NCBI GenBank assembly: GCA_964451805.1
Contig: CAYVJI010000003.1
Coordinates: forward strand, 1,758 to 65,757
Length of the DNA stretch: 64,000 bases
Direction: 5' to 3'
Origin: an uncultured Pelolinea sp.
GTDB taxonomy: Bacteria > Chloroflexota > Anaerolineae > Anaerolineales > Anaerolineaceae
Made by a program: the position numbers and the translations under genes. Below are positions 28,754 through 38,292 of the stretch, piece by piece. The notes under the pieces are model-generated. The model was not told the origin of the DNA and did not search any database. It saw nothing but the letters and a program-made list of their open reading frames with translations. Every line of letters starts with the position of its first letter. Position 1 is the stretch's first letter.

Positions 28754-30040
28754 TTATTTTCCTTGATTCTTTGACCGGTAAATGCCAATCAAGCGACGGT
28801 TGGAATTCAAGTATCGCTGTGCACAGCGCAGGAGGTTTTTTGCATGTACCTGTTCGAGATTTGGTAGATATGCATCAAACCAAGAATAATCCGCGAACAT
28901 GCTGGCATAACCCAGCCAGAATGCCTGGTTGGTGATATTCTCGCTTCCATAGGCGAACAAAGCTTTGGCTTGCTTTATGGCTCGTTGGATTTCCTCTTCG
29001 TCGATCGGAATGTTCTGCAATTTTAAGATTTCTTCATCAATCGCCTTTATGGTTGCATCAATGGTTTTGTCGGTTGGCAGGATGACCAAAATGTCGTAAA
29101 GATACGGATCAATGGTAGCCTGCAAACTGCCAGATACACTGACAGCCAAATCCTTTTCTACCAATCGCTGATACAAACGGCTGGTTTTATTGGAGATACT
29201 GCCGCCCCCAAACATTGCCAGCGATGAAGGGCCTGTCAACAGGCTGTCCAGCACCATCAGCGCAAAAAAATCATTCTCGTTCGCAGGTGGTGATGGAAAA
29301 GTCAATTGGAGATAAATTGCCTCCCCCGGACCCTGTATTTCAATGGTTTGTGACGTTTGAACCGGTTCTTCCACGGGAGGGGTGAATGTTGTATCCCCAG
29401 AAAAGGGAACATTGCAATAAAGCTGGTTCAAACGCTCGATGATTCTTTCAGTTTCGAAGTCCCCCACTAGTGCAATTACCGCATGATCTGGAGAATAATT
29501 CGAACGATAATGGCCATAAAGGTCATCGCGCGCAATGCTTTTCAAGTCCTGCAGGTTTCCGATGACCTGGTTGCGATATGGGTGGGTTTGGAAAGCTGCC
29601 TGATTGATTGATTCATTTAGCTTAAATAATGGCTCGTTTTCATTCCCTTCACGCTCTGAAATCACAACTGTTCTTTCCAGCTCTGTTTCCTTTGGATCGA
29701 ACAGGCTGTTAATCATGCGGTCTGCTTCTAGGTCGAGAGCGATATCAATTTTTTCCGCTGGCAGGGTCACCAGATAAGTTGTCCAGTCTAGCGAAGTGAG
29801 TGCATTCCAAAAACCACCATCACGGGAAATCGCTTGATCTAAAATATTAATCGGATATTTCGATGTCCCTTTGAATTGCATGTGTTCGACCCAGTGTGAA
29901 ATGCCGGTTTTGCCTGCAATTTCGTTGCGGGAACCGATCCGGTACCAGATCCAATGGCTGACAAGTGGAACGTAATGAATTTCCTTTGTTAAAATGGTCA
30001 GCCCATTGTCAAGGATATGCTTCTGAATGCTGTTTGTCAT
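28754..30040 (-). CDS. M16 family zinc peptidase, catalytic subunit
   Basis: GSRNE..G.TGISHWVEHMQFKG (HxxEH), NA.TS.D.T.Y and ER.VV.SER motifs. Confidence 0.92.
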   Translation of the reverse strand: MTNSIQKHILDNGLTILTKEIHYVPLVSHWIWYRIGSRNEIAGKTGISHWVEHMQFKGTSKYPINILDQAISRDGGFWNALTSLDWTTYLVTLPAEKIDIALDLEADRMINSLFDPKETELERTVVISEREGNENEPLFKLNESINQAAFQTHPYRNQVIGNLQDLKSIARDDLYGHYRSNYSPDHAVIALVGDFETERIIERLNQLYCNVPFSGDTTFTPPVEEPVQTSQTIEIQGPGEAIYLQLTFPSPPANENDFFALMVLDSLLTGPSSLAMFGGGSISNKTSRLYQRLVEKDLAVSVSGSLQATIDPYLYDILVILPTDKTIDATIKAIDEEILKLQNIPIDEEEIQRAIKQAKALFAYGSENITNQAFWLGYASMFADYSWFDAYLPNLEQVHAKNLLRCAQRYLNSNRRLIGIYRSKNQGK

Positions 30041-30132
30041 TTCAAACTAATCTCGAAAAAGAATGCAAAGAGTATACATGATTTATCATTTTGCGGCATG
30101 TAAAAAAACGAGGACGGATGGGATTGGGAGAA

Positions 30133-30678
30133 TTATTTTTTTTGAGTTCTGGTATCCGCTTCAGTGTTTGCATGGCCGTTGAAAAGCGGGCTGCGTGCAT
30201 AAGGCAGCATCATCAGCATACCGATAGCAATAAAGCCCTCGGCGATTTGCACTCCCCGGGCTTGCCACTCACCGAAATATGGGATGAATTCAGGATAGGG
30301 ATGGCTGCCTAAACCAAAGATATCTGCAAAACCGGAAAAAACTGCGATAATGTATCCTGTGCTGATGATGCGCACACCCAATTCGGCTGCAATGCTGGAT
30401 TTTTGCCCTCTCCATAATCCACTGATGCTGATGTAACCACCTATGCAGATGATGGCTAATCCAACCAACATGACGCCCATCTGGATAAAACCAATGACCG
30501 GGCTGCGGTCAAGCATAAAAAGCTCGGGTCGAATTCCTACCAGAAAAACCAAAAAACCACCGACTGCTACGATCAGACCAAATTGGATACGGCGTCTTGG
30601 CAAGCTCGAAGGTTTTTTGTGTTTGCTCTTCGGCATTTCTATGAAATCCAGTTCAATGCCCTTTTTGCTTTTACCCAA
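30133..30678 (-). CDS. Hypothetical membrane protein (about 4 TM)
   Basis: Four hydrophobic segments; fills the gap between rpsA and the M16 operon; start uncertain (TTG 30678 or ATG 30636). Confidence 0.65.
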   Translation of the reverse strand: MGKSKKGIELDFIEMPKSKHKKPSSLPRRRIQFGLIVAVGGFLVFLVGIRPELFMLDRSPVIGFIQMGVMLVGLAIICIGGYISISGLWRGQKSSIAAELGVRIISTGYIIAVFSGFADIFGLGSHPYPEFIPYFGEWQARGVQIAEGFIAIGMLMMLPYARSPLFNGHANTEADTRTQKK

Positions 30679-30722
30679 TTATTTACGGGTAAAACAATAA
30701 TGGTATAAAAAGCCCTCTGCTG

Positions 30723-32117
30723 TTAGGGGTTTGGTTCCGATGAATTCTCCTCTTCATCGGGTGCGTTGCCAGTCTCCTCGGATGGCTTTTGAGTATCAAT
30801 CGCAGGTTCTGTTTCGTCAGAAAGTGTTTCTTCGGGTTCGCTGGTTTGGCTCTCGGTTTTCTCCAAAGTTTCTGCGGCTGGTTGGTTTTCTTGAGGATTC
30901 TCATTCGCAACCACTTTTATGTCTGTGCCTTCCAGCTCCTTCTCAAGCACTTTCATATCCATGTCAGCGAATGCCAGCGATTCAACCCGGCGCAGACTCA
31001 AACCAATGCGGTGTGATTCCGGTTCAATCTTGATGATACGCAGCGTTACCTTATCGCCCTCATGCAGGATCTCTTTGGGGTGGCCGATGTGGTCTTCTGA
31101 TATTTCTGAAATATGCACCAATCCTTCAACTCCATTATCCAGCATGGCAAAGGCGCCAAATTTGGTCAGACGTGTGATTTTTGCTTCTACCAGCTGACCC
31201 ACTTTGAGATTCTTGACCTGATCCTGCCAGGGATCATCCTTCAAGCGGCGGATGGATAAACCGATATGGCGTTTATCTTCATCGATGCTGATCACTTGTA
31301 CTTGAACTTCTTGGCCGACTTTCAAATCATCACCGGGGTGGCGCACGCGCTCCCACGAAATTTCACTCAAGTGCACTAATCCATCAGCGCCATTGATGTT
31401 CACGAAAGCGCCAAAATCAGCCAATGAAGTGACACGTCCGGTGCGGATATCACCGATTTCGAGTTTCTCGATGACTTTGTCGCGGATGGTATCGCGTGTT
31501 TCATGGCTGGCAGCTCGTTCTGAAAAGATCAACCGTCTTCTTTCCTGATCAACTTCAATAATCTGTAGAGTAATTTCTTCCCCGATCATTTCCCCAAAGC
31601 GCTTGTCGGGTGTTTCTCCTTCCAGTTCTGCTCTTCGAGTAAAACTCAATTGAGAAGTTGGGACAAAACCGCGCAATTTCTCGAATGAAACCAAAAGACC
31701 GCCGCGGTTATACCCCACAATTTTTCCAGTGAAGGAACCTTTTTCTTTCATAATTGCCGATGCTTTTTCCCAGCTTTCAGCTTCGAGTGCCCGTATGTAA
31801 GATAAAAGCAAATTCCCGTGATGGTCTTCAGGTGTAATAATGTAAACAGGTATTTCCTGTCCAATTTCCATGGCTGCAAAAACATCCGGCGGGATCAGTT
31901 CAAATTCCTGCCCGTTGATGATTCCCTCAGATTTTGCCCCAATACTGACCATGATTTGACCGGGAGTAATGCTGGCTATTGTGCCAGTTTTAATTTCACC
32001 AGCCTGCGGTAATTCCAGCCCCAGCCCTTCCTTTTCCAATAAAGAAGCCATGTTGGTGATTTCTTTATTGTTTAAATTCTTTTCTTCAGCGGCTTGAATT
32101 CCGTTTTCTTGATCCAT
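30723..32117 (-). CDS. rpsA: 30S ribosomal protein S1 (four S1 domains, acidic tail)
   Basis: Repeated FGAFV...DGLVH.SEIS S1 motifs; GFVP.SQ. Confidence 0.92.
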   Translation of the reverse strand: MDQENGIQAAEEKNLNNKEITNMASLLEKEGLGLELPQAGEIKTGTIASITPGQIMVSIGAKSEGIINGQEFELIPPDVFAAMEIGQEIPVYIITPEDHHGNLLLSYIRALEAESWEKASAIMKEKGSFTGKIVGYNRGGLLVSFEKLRGFVPTSQLSFTRRAELEGETPDKRFGEMIGEEITLQIIEVDQERRRLIFSERAASHETRDTIRDKVIEKLEIGDIRTGRVTSLADFGAFVNINGADGLVHLSEISWERVRHPGDDLKVGQEVQVQVISIDEDKRHIGLSIRRLKDDPWQDQVKNLKVGQLVEAKITRLTKFGAFAMLDNGVEGLVHISEISEDHIGHPKEILHEGDKVTLRIIKIEPESHRIGLSLRRVESLAFADMDMKVLEKELEGTDIKVVANENPQENQPAAETLEKTESQTSEPEETLSDETEPAIDTQKPSEETGNAPDEEENSSEPNP

Positions 32118-32157
32118 ATGATTATTAAATGCTCCGATAAAAAGTGATGGTAGGGTG

Positions 32158-32186
32158 ATTATAAGGGTTAATGATTAACTTGACAA
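32158..32186 (-). promoter_or_regulatory. sigma-70 promoter of rpsA
   Basis: TTGTCA-N17-TATAAT on the minus strand. Confidence 0.7.
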
Positions 32187-32227
32187 CCCTCCCTCATTTG
32201 AGCTCGCTCGAGGATGCTCCATACCTC

Positions 32228-35200
32228 CTAATGTTTTTTGTGACGTTTCCTTTTATTTTTGCTGGAGGATTCTTTCTTTTGGTCTGCAGCAATTAATGAT
32301 GCGCCTGCTTCCGTCTTGTTGGGCGTAGCAGGTCTGGCAGGTTGCATGCGGAACATGCGGCTGATTACTCCCAGACGGATTTCTGCGAATAAGTCTTTGA
32401 ATGCGTCGGTCGAACGACTTTTATATTGAACCAATGGATCTTGCTGGGCATAGGCTTCCATTCCAATTGAAATGCGCAGTGCTTCCATGCGTGTCAACTG
32501 TTCGATCCACAGATCTGAGATTGACCGCAATAGAATATGCCGGTAGATTGTCTGTTGTACCATGCCACCGAAAGCATGTATAACCGCAGGATGGTTTCCA
32601 TCTAAAAGATTTTGAAGATCATATTGTTCCAATTCTTCAAGGGCGTTAGCAGTGCCGAACTTTCGAATATTATTTTGATAATCCGGTGGAAGTTCCCTGA
32701 AACGCGGAGCGATCTCAGCAACGCGTTGGATTTCCATCCTGCCCCAGATCGATCGCATTTTTGTTTGTATTTCAGAAAGATGGGCAAGGATATCCTCAGA
32801 AATCATTTCTGTGTTTTGGTTTTCAAGATATGAAGCGGCTAAAAAAATATAATTGAGTAGGTTCACACGACGTTGGATGCGCTGCCGCGTGCGCGGGTCG
32901 ATGGCAATTTGTGTGCCCAGTGACATGCCGGTGACAAGCTCGAATAAATCAGAGCCTGAGTTTTCAGCTTGCTTTTTGAGCAACGCATCCACGTTCTGCC
33001 GGATTGGACTTTCAGAGCGCAGAATCTGGGCAGCTTTCTCATTATAGAAATGATTGACTGATCCTAAAAGAGTATCCTCTATAGTAACCCAGTCGTTCAT
33101 TGCCAGCTTTTTGTTGTCAACCATCAAATGACCGTTGATGCGGCGTTCGATGCTCATGATCAAACGCGAAAGTACGATTTCCAGCAAGGCTTGTTCTACT
33201 TGATCGTGCAGTGCATCAGATAGCTGTTTTGGCGATTGACTTACTTGTTCAAAAGCGCTTCTATCCAGATCAAGTTTTAGATGCACCTGTGCCTGTAATT
33301 GATTCAAGAATTCCTTAAATGATGTTTGGGATAGTTCAGGATTATTCTCTAGAAATATGTCCAGCAAATCCAGCCGTTCTTCAGCCTGCTGGGTGAAGCT
33401 GGAGGCTGTCCGTTGAATGAACGCACTTGTCTGATTATTTACGTGAAAGCTCTCGGCTTCAATCGTCTTTTTAGCTAATTCGAGCAATACGTTTCTTAGG
33501 TTTTCTTGATCAGTAATATCTCGAATCGATTTTTCAAGCTTCGCTACGATCAAAGTTAAACTAAAGGAGGGTAAGCTCTGGCCAAATTGTGGATAGAAAA
33601 TGGTTGGTTGAATATCTTCCAGAAATGCCAGAAGTTTCCAAGGACCTTCTTCGTCTGAAAGAGCATCAGGTATGCGTTGTTGCAATTCGCGCTGCAGCAT
33701 TTCTAAAACATCTTCTTCCAAATTCTCTTTCTGCAACACACGGTCACGCTCGCCGTAAATGCGTTCGCGCTGGTCGTTGAGCACGTTATCATAGTCCAGC
33801 AGGTGTTTTCGGACATCAAAGTTATATCCCTCAACCCGTTCTTGTGCCTGTTCTACCAAGCGCCCCAGCATGCGGCTTTCCAATGGCACGGAGGGATCGA
33901 TATTGAACACACGCATCAGTGTTTCAGCGCGTTCGCCGCCAAACATGCGCATCAGATCATCTTCAAGCGAGAGATAGAAGCGTGAGGATCCGGGATCGCC
34001 CTGACGGGCAGCGCGTCCGCGCAGCTGATTATCGATCCGGCGCGCTTCATGCCGCTCAGAGCCGATGACATGCAATCCTCCCAAGGCTCGCACATTTTTC
34101 ATGTTATCCAGGAAATGCAGAAAAGTATAAATTGCTTCCTGGAATTGCCCGTAATCACTTTCGGAAAATTGCTGCAGTCTATCTGATAGGCTTGAATGAT
34201 CCAATCCATAAGGATTGATGCCCTTCTCGCTGAGGAAACGGCGCACATCTGACAGGATGATTTCTTGTACTTCACCTCCCAGTTTGATATCCACGCCGCG
34301 GCCCGCCATGTTGGTGGCAATGGTGACTGCTCCAAAAGCGCCCGCTCCCGCTATGATCTGTGATTCCTGATCATGCTTTAGTGCATTAAGAACTTGGTGT
34401 GCTATCCCGCCGCGGACCGTTTCCTCAAGTCTTGTTTGGTGGGTTTTATCCAGCTGCAGTATGGAAAGAATTGTTCCTAAATTTTCCGTGGCTTCTGGAT
34501 TGATGCTATTCAACCCGATAGTCTGGGCGAATCGCCGCATTTCATCTGGTGCGAGGTTTGGCAGCGATTTATTCAGAAACTCAAGTTCGGGAATCGCACG
34601 TTCGACCAATTGGATTTTGTTTTTGGTTAACCAGGCATTGCGAACCAACTCTGCCATGAGCAAACGGCGCAGAAGATCAGCTTGAAGCCTGCTGGATAGT
34701 CTTTCGGAATGTTCAATGGAGGTTGTTCCGACCAGAATTGGCCTGCCGGGAATGTGGTATTGGATGATTTCCATTACGATTGCGCGCAGCTTGGCTTCTT
34801 CGTTGCGGTAGACCATATCTGGGAAATCTTTGCGTTTCCAGTAGATCGGCTTTTTCGTTGCATCGTCTGAAGCCGCGTAAAAGGTAAATGGATATCCCTG
34901 CTCATCTTTGGCTTGAATCACCTGCAAGTTTGATCCGGGTTGGCTGGCTTGGTAATCTAGATTGGTGGGTATCTCAATGGCATCCAGGTTGTATATTGTG
35001 GAAAATTCCTCTGCTTCTGTCAGAGCAGTCCCTGTCATGCCGGCGAGTTTTTGATATTTTCGGAAATAATTCTGTAGAGTGATGGTGGCGTGAGTAATGT
35101 TCTCAGGATTGACTTTGACGCCTTCTTTGGCTTCGATGGCCTGGTGCAAACCTTCCGACCACCTGCGCCCTGGCATCAAACGTCCAGTGAACTCGTCCAC

Positions 35201-36244
35201 AATAACGATCTGCCCGTTTTGAATAATGTAATCCTTGTTCTTTTTGAATAGCAGATCGGCTTTTAGAGCTTGCTCCAAATGACCTAACAAACGCGCCTGC
35301 TCCGGTGAAATATCCTCAGGCCGGTCAGGATCCCGCAGTGGGATCTGAAGAAGGTCCTCAACATGCGCTTCGCCTATCTCGGTCAGCGCTACACTGCGGT
35401 CTTTCTCATCAAAATCGTAATCTTCCGGATTCAGCTGCCGCACAACAGTTGCCATGCGTCCGTACCATTCCACATCTTCTGAAGCTGGTCCTGAGATGAT
35501 CAAAGGAGTTCGGGCTTCATCGATTAAGATATTGTCGACTTCGTCAATAATGGCATAGGCATGCCCGCGTTGGACTCTTTCCTCCAAGCTCATGACCAAG
35601 TTGTCGCGCAGGTAATCAAAACCAAATTCATTATTGGTGCCGTAGGTAATATCAGCCAGATAAGCTTTCTTTCTGGGCGCAAGGTGCAGCTGATCATCCT
35701 CTTCGCGGTTTTCTCGCTTCTCAAGGTCAACCAAAAAGGCAAGCCGGGCATTATCGGTACGGCTGGACATTTGTAGCACACCCACGCTCATGCCCAGTGC
35801 ATGATAGATCGGAGCCATCCAGCGCGCATCACGCCGCGCTAAATAATCATTCACGGTTACCAGATGAGCGCCTTTTCTGGCCAATGCATTGAGATAGAGC
35901 GGCAATGTTGCTACCAGGGTTTTGCCTTCCCCTGTACGCATTTCTACGATTTTGCCTTCATGTAGAAAGATGCCGCCGATCAGTTGAATATCGAAGTGGC
36001 GCAGACCTATGGTGCGTTTGCTGGCTTCTCGCACTGCTGCGAAAGCCTCTATTAGCAGATCATCTAAACTTTGTCCTTGCGCGAGGCGCTGGCGGAAAAA
36101 ATCCGTCTTCGCCCCAAGCTCTTCTTTGCTCAGGGATGAATACTCCGCTTCCATTTGGTTGATGCTGTCAACCAACGTCTGTGTTCTTTCAATCTCTTTC
36201 TTTTGTGGGTTGCCACCAATGGCCTTGGCGAGATTTTTAAACAT
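32228..36244 (-). CDS. secA: Preprotein translocase ATPase SecA, unusually long (1338 aa)
   Basis: MRTGEGKT, VTVNDYLA, DEVDNILIDEARTPLIISG, TNMAGRGVDI and QLRGRAARQGDPG motifs. Confidence 0.96.
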   Translation of the reverse strand: MFKNLAKAIGGNPQKKEIERTQTLVDSINQMEAEYSSLSKEELGAKTDFFRQRLAQGQSLDDLLIEAFAAVREASKRTIGLRHFDIQLIGGIFLHEGKIVEMRTGEGKTLVATLPLYLNALARKGAHLVTVNDYLARRDARWMAPIYHALGMSVGVLQMSSRTDNARLAFLVDLEKRENREEDDQLHLAPRKKAYLADITYGTNNEFGFDYLRDNLVMSLEERVQRGHAYAIIDEVDNILIDEARTPLIISGPASEDVEWYGRMATVVRQLNPEDYDFDEKDRSVALTEIGEAHVEDLLQIPLRDPDRPEDISPEQARLLGHLEQALKADLLFKKNKDYIIQNGQIVIVDEFTGRLMPGRRWSEGLHQAIEAKEGVKVNPENITHATITLQNYFRKYQKLAGMTGTALTEAEEFSTIYNLDAIEIPTNLDYQASQPGSNLQVIQAKDEQGYPFTFYAASDDATKKPIYWKRKDFPDMVYRNEEAKLRAIVMEIIQYHIPGRPILVGTTSIEHSERLSSRLQADLLRRLLMAELVRNAWLTKNKIQLVERAIPELEFLNKSLPNLAPDEMRRFAQTIGLNSINPEATENLGTILSILQLDKTHQTRLEETVRGGIAHQVLNALKHDQESQIIAGAGAFGAVTIATNMAGRGVDIKLGGEVQEIILSDVRRFLSEKGINPYGLDHSSLSDRLQQFSESDYGQFQEAIYTFLHFLDNMKNVRALGGLHVIGSERHEARRIDNQLRGRAARQGDPGSSRFYLSLEDDLMRMFGGERAETLMRVFNIDPSVPLESRMLGRLVEQAQERVEGYNFDVRKHLLDYDNVLNDQRERIYGERDRVLQKENLEEDVLEMLQRELQQRIPDALSDEEGPWKLLAFLEDIQPTIFYPQFGQSLPSFSLTLIVAKLEKSIRDITDQENLRNVLLELAKKTIEAESFHVNNQTSAFIQRTASSFTQQAEERLDLLDIFLENNPELSQTSFKEFLNQLQAQVHLKLDLDRSAFEQVSQSPKQLSDALHDQVEQALLEIVLSRLIMSIERRINGHLMVDNKKLAMNDWVTIEDTLLGSVNHFYNEKAAQILRSESPIRQNVDALLKKQAENSGSDLFELVTGMSLGTQIAIDPRTRQRIQRRVNLLNYIFLAASYLENQNTEMISEDILAHLSEIQTKMRSIWGRMEIQRVAEIAPRFRELPPDYQNNIRKFGTANALEELEQYDLQNLLDGNHPAVIHAFGGMVQQTIYRHILLRSISDLWIEQLTRMEALRISIGMEAYAQQDPLVQYKSRSTDAFKDLFAEIRLGVISRMFRMQPARPATPNKTEAGASLIAADQKKESSSKNKRKRHKKH

Positions 36245-36289
36245 ACATGTGCCTTTCCGCAGCGATTATAGCATAGCGATAAATTTAAC

Positions 36290-36320
36290 GAAAAAAGGCG
36301 TGAATTTCACGCCTTTCTTT
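36290..36320 (-). terminator. Intrinsic terminator after lpdA
   Basis: aaaggcgtga-at-ttcacgccttt with A/T flanks. Confidence 0.75.
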
Positions 36321-36334
36321 CGTCTTTATGCTTA

Positions 36335-37732
36335 TTAAATTTGGATAGATTTTCCCTCAACGGATTCAGCCGCTTCCATGATCGCTTCACTCAAAGTGGG
36401 ATGGGCGTGTATGTTCTTGGCGATTTCTTCGGCGGTCATTTCCATCTGTTGCGCCAAGGTCAGTTCAGGCAGAAGTTCCGAGACTTCCGGTCCAATCATA
36501 TGCGCCCCAAGGATTTCGCCGTATTTCGCATCCGCAATGATCTTAACGAATCCGCCGCCTTCTGCCAATCCAAGCGCTTTGCCGTTTGCCTGAAACGGGA
36601 AACGTCCGACTTTTATATCAATTCCAGATTGCTTGGCTTGCTCTTCACTGAGGCCGAAGGATGCCACCTGCGGTTGGCAGTATGTTGCACGGGGGATATT
36701 CTGGTAATTAATCGGGGAAGTCTTTCGCCCCGCGATTGCATCTGCGCATAGGATGCCCTGAGCTGAGGCTACATGTGCCAGCAGCATCTTACCGGTAACA
36801 TCTCCGATTGCCCAAACCCCTGTGATATTGGTTGCCATGCGGTCATCGGTTTGAATATTACCTTTTTCATCCAAGGTGACCCCCAATTCTTTCAAGCCTA
36901 AACCGTCAGAATTTGGACGGAAGCCTATTGCGACCAAAGCTTGCTCTGCTTGTAAGATTTTTTGGCCATCGGTGCCGCTAACGTGAACCTGAATGCCATC
37001 TGTAGTCCTTTCGATGGATTCAACTTTATGGCTGGTTAATACTTCAATTCCGCGTTTTTTAAATGCTTTTGCCAATTCGGCGCTTACCTCTGTATCTTCT
37101 AGGGGAAGTAGGTTCGGCAGCATTTCAACGATGCTCACCTGAGTTCCATATGCGCTCCATACGGTTGCGAATTCAGCTCCGATTGCACCTGCCCCGATGA
37201 TCACTGCTGACTTCGGTAGTTTTTCCTGGAGTATTGCTTCATGATAGGAGATGACCTTCTCGCCATCTGCCTGCCATGCCTTTGGGATGATTGGACTGGA
37301 TCCGCTGGCGAAGACAATGTTTTTTGCGACTATTTGTTGACTATCACCGTTTTCATCTTTTACGGATACTTGGCTTAGAGCGGTAATTTTTGCCTCTCCC
37401 ATGAATACGTCAATGGTATTCTTTTTCATCAGGAAAGCAACACCGCGCGTCAACCTCTGTGAAACTGAGCGGCTGCGCTGGACGGCTGCGGCATAATCCA
37501 GCTTCAGATTATCGAAAGAAACCCCAAATTCTGAAGCGCGTTCCCTTAGAGTGTGGGCTAATTCAGCATTTTTCAACAATGCTTTGGAAGGAATGCAGCC
37601 CACATTTAGGCACACTCCTCCTAGCCATTCCTTATCTACGATTGCGGTTCTCAAACCGTTTTGCGCGGCGCGAATGGCGCATACGTATCCGCCCGGACCA
37701 GCTCCGATTACAACTACATCATATTCATTCAT
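36335..37732 (-). CDS. lpdA: Dihydrolipoamide dehydrogenase
   Basis: GAGPGGY, redox-active CLNVGCIPSK, GAGAIG.E and HAHPTLSE motifs; SD gaggtg before 37732. Confidence 0.96.
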   Translation of the reverse strand: MNEYDVVVIGAGPGGYVCAIRAAQNGLRTAIVDKEWLGGVCLNVGCIPSKALLKNAELAHTLRERASEFGVSFDNLKLDYAAAVQRSRSVSQRLTRGVAFLMKKNTIDVFMGEAKITALSQVSVKDENGDSQQIVAKNIVFASGSSPIIPKAWQADGEKVISYHEAILQEKLPKSAVIIGAGAIGAEFATVWSAYGTQVSIVEMLPNLLPLEDTEVSAELAKAFKKRGIEVLTSHKVESIERTTDGIQVHVSGTDGQKILQAEQALVAIGFRPNSDGLGLKELGVTLDEKGNIQTDDRMATNITGVWAIGDVTGKMLLAHVASAQGILCADAIAGRKTSPINYQNIPRATYCQPQVASFGLSEEQAKQSGIDIKVGRFPFQANGKALGLAEGGGFVKIIADAKYGEILGAHMIGPEVSELLPELTLAQQMEMTAEEIAKNIHAHPTLSEAIMEAAESVEGKSIQI

Positions 37733-37920
37733 TTGCACCTCAACAGCCAATTAAATTATTGCGACGAAAAATTATACTTCCTAAAATAGCTGAATAATAT
37801 TATACAAATGTATTAGAAAGATATATGAAATATGTGTGTAAACCAAGCAAGAATTGACTTTTCTGCATAAGGGGATTAGGATAAAAAGTCATTAATTTAT
37901 TGAGATAGATCGGTTTGTTT

Positions 37921-38292
37921 ATGAAAAAGGAAACTAACACTCAGGTTCTTAATGTAATTACCCCGCAGCAATCATTAGAAAAAATTCTCCAGCTGGAAAT
38001 TGAAGTTGCAGAAAAAATTGCCTCTGCGAAAGATGGAGCAGAAAAAAAGCTTGAAGAAGCGCGCGAAAATACTACTGCATTAAGAAACCAGATAATCAAT
38101 ACCGCTCGTAAGAATAGAGATGAATTGATCCATATGGGAATTGAGAAAGCTCATCGGGAAGCTGAAGAGATTGTTTCAGTATCTAAGCAAGCGGCTGTAG
38201 CCTTCCTGAGTTTGGGAAAGCAAAAAGAATCAGAAGCTGTACATCGTGTCGTTACCGGAATTCTTGGGTTCGACTTGGAGCAGGACAAATGA
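37921..38292 (+). CDS. A/V-type ATP synthase subunit H/G (peripheral stalk)
   Basis: Short charged coiled coil, first gene of the operon, overlaps the subunit I start. Confidence 0.7.
   Translation: MKKETNTQVLNVITPQQSLEKILQLEIEVAEKIASAKDGAEKKLEEARENTTALRNQIINTARKNRDELIHMGIEKAHREAEEIVSVSKQAAVAFLSLGKQKESEAVHRVVTGILGFDLEQDK

Noticed and set aside
32176-32222. Tiny ORF MEHPRASSNEGGLSS after secA preceded by AGGAGGT
   Set aside because: Zero spacing between SD and ATG, and it overlaps the rpsA -35 element.
32228-36244. Inteins as the explanation for SecA (or DnaE) length
   Set aside because: No C/S start with HN-C/S/T end and no LAGLIDADG motifs in the inserts.
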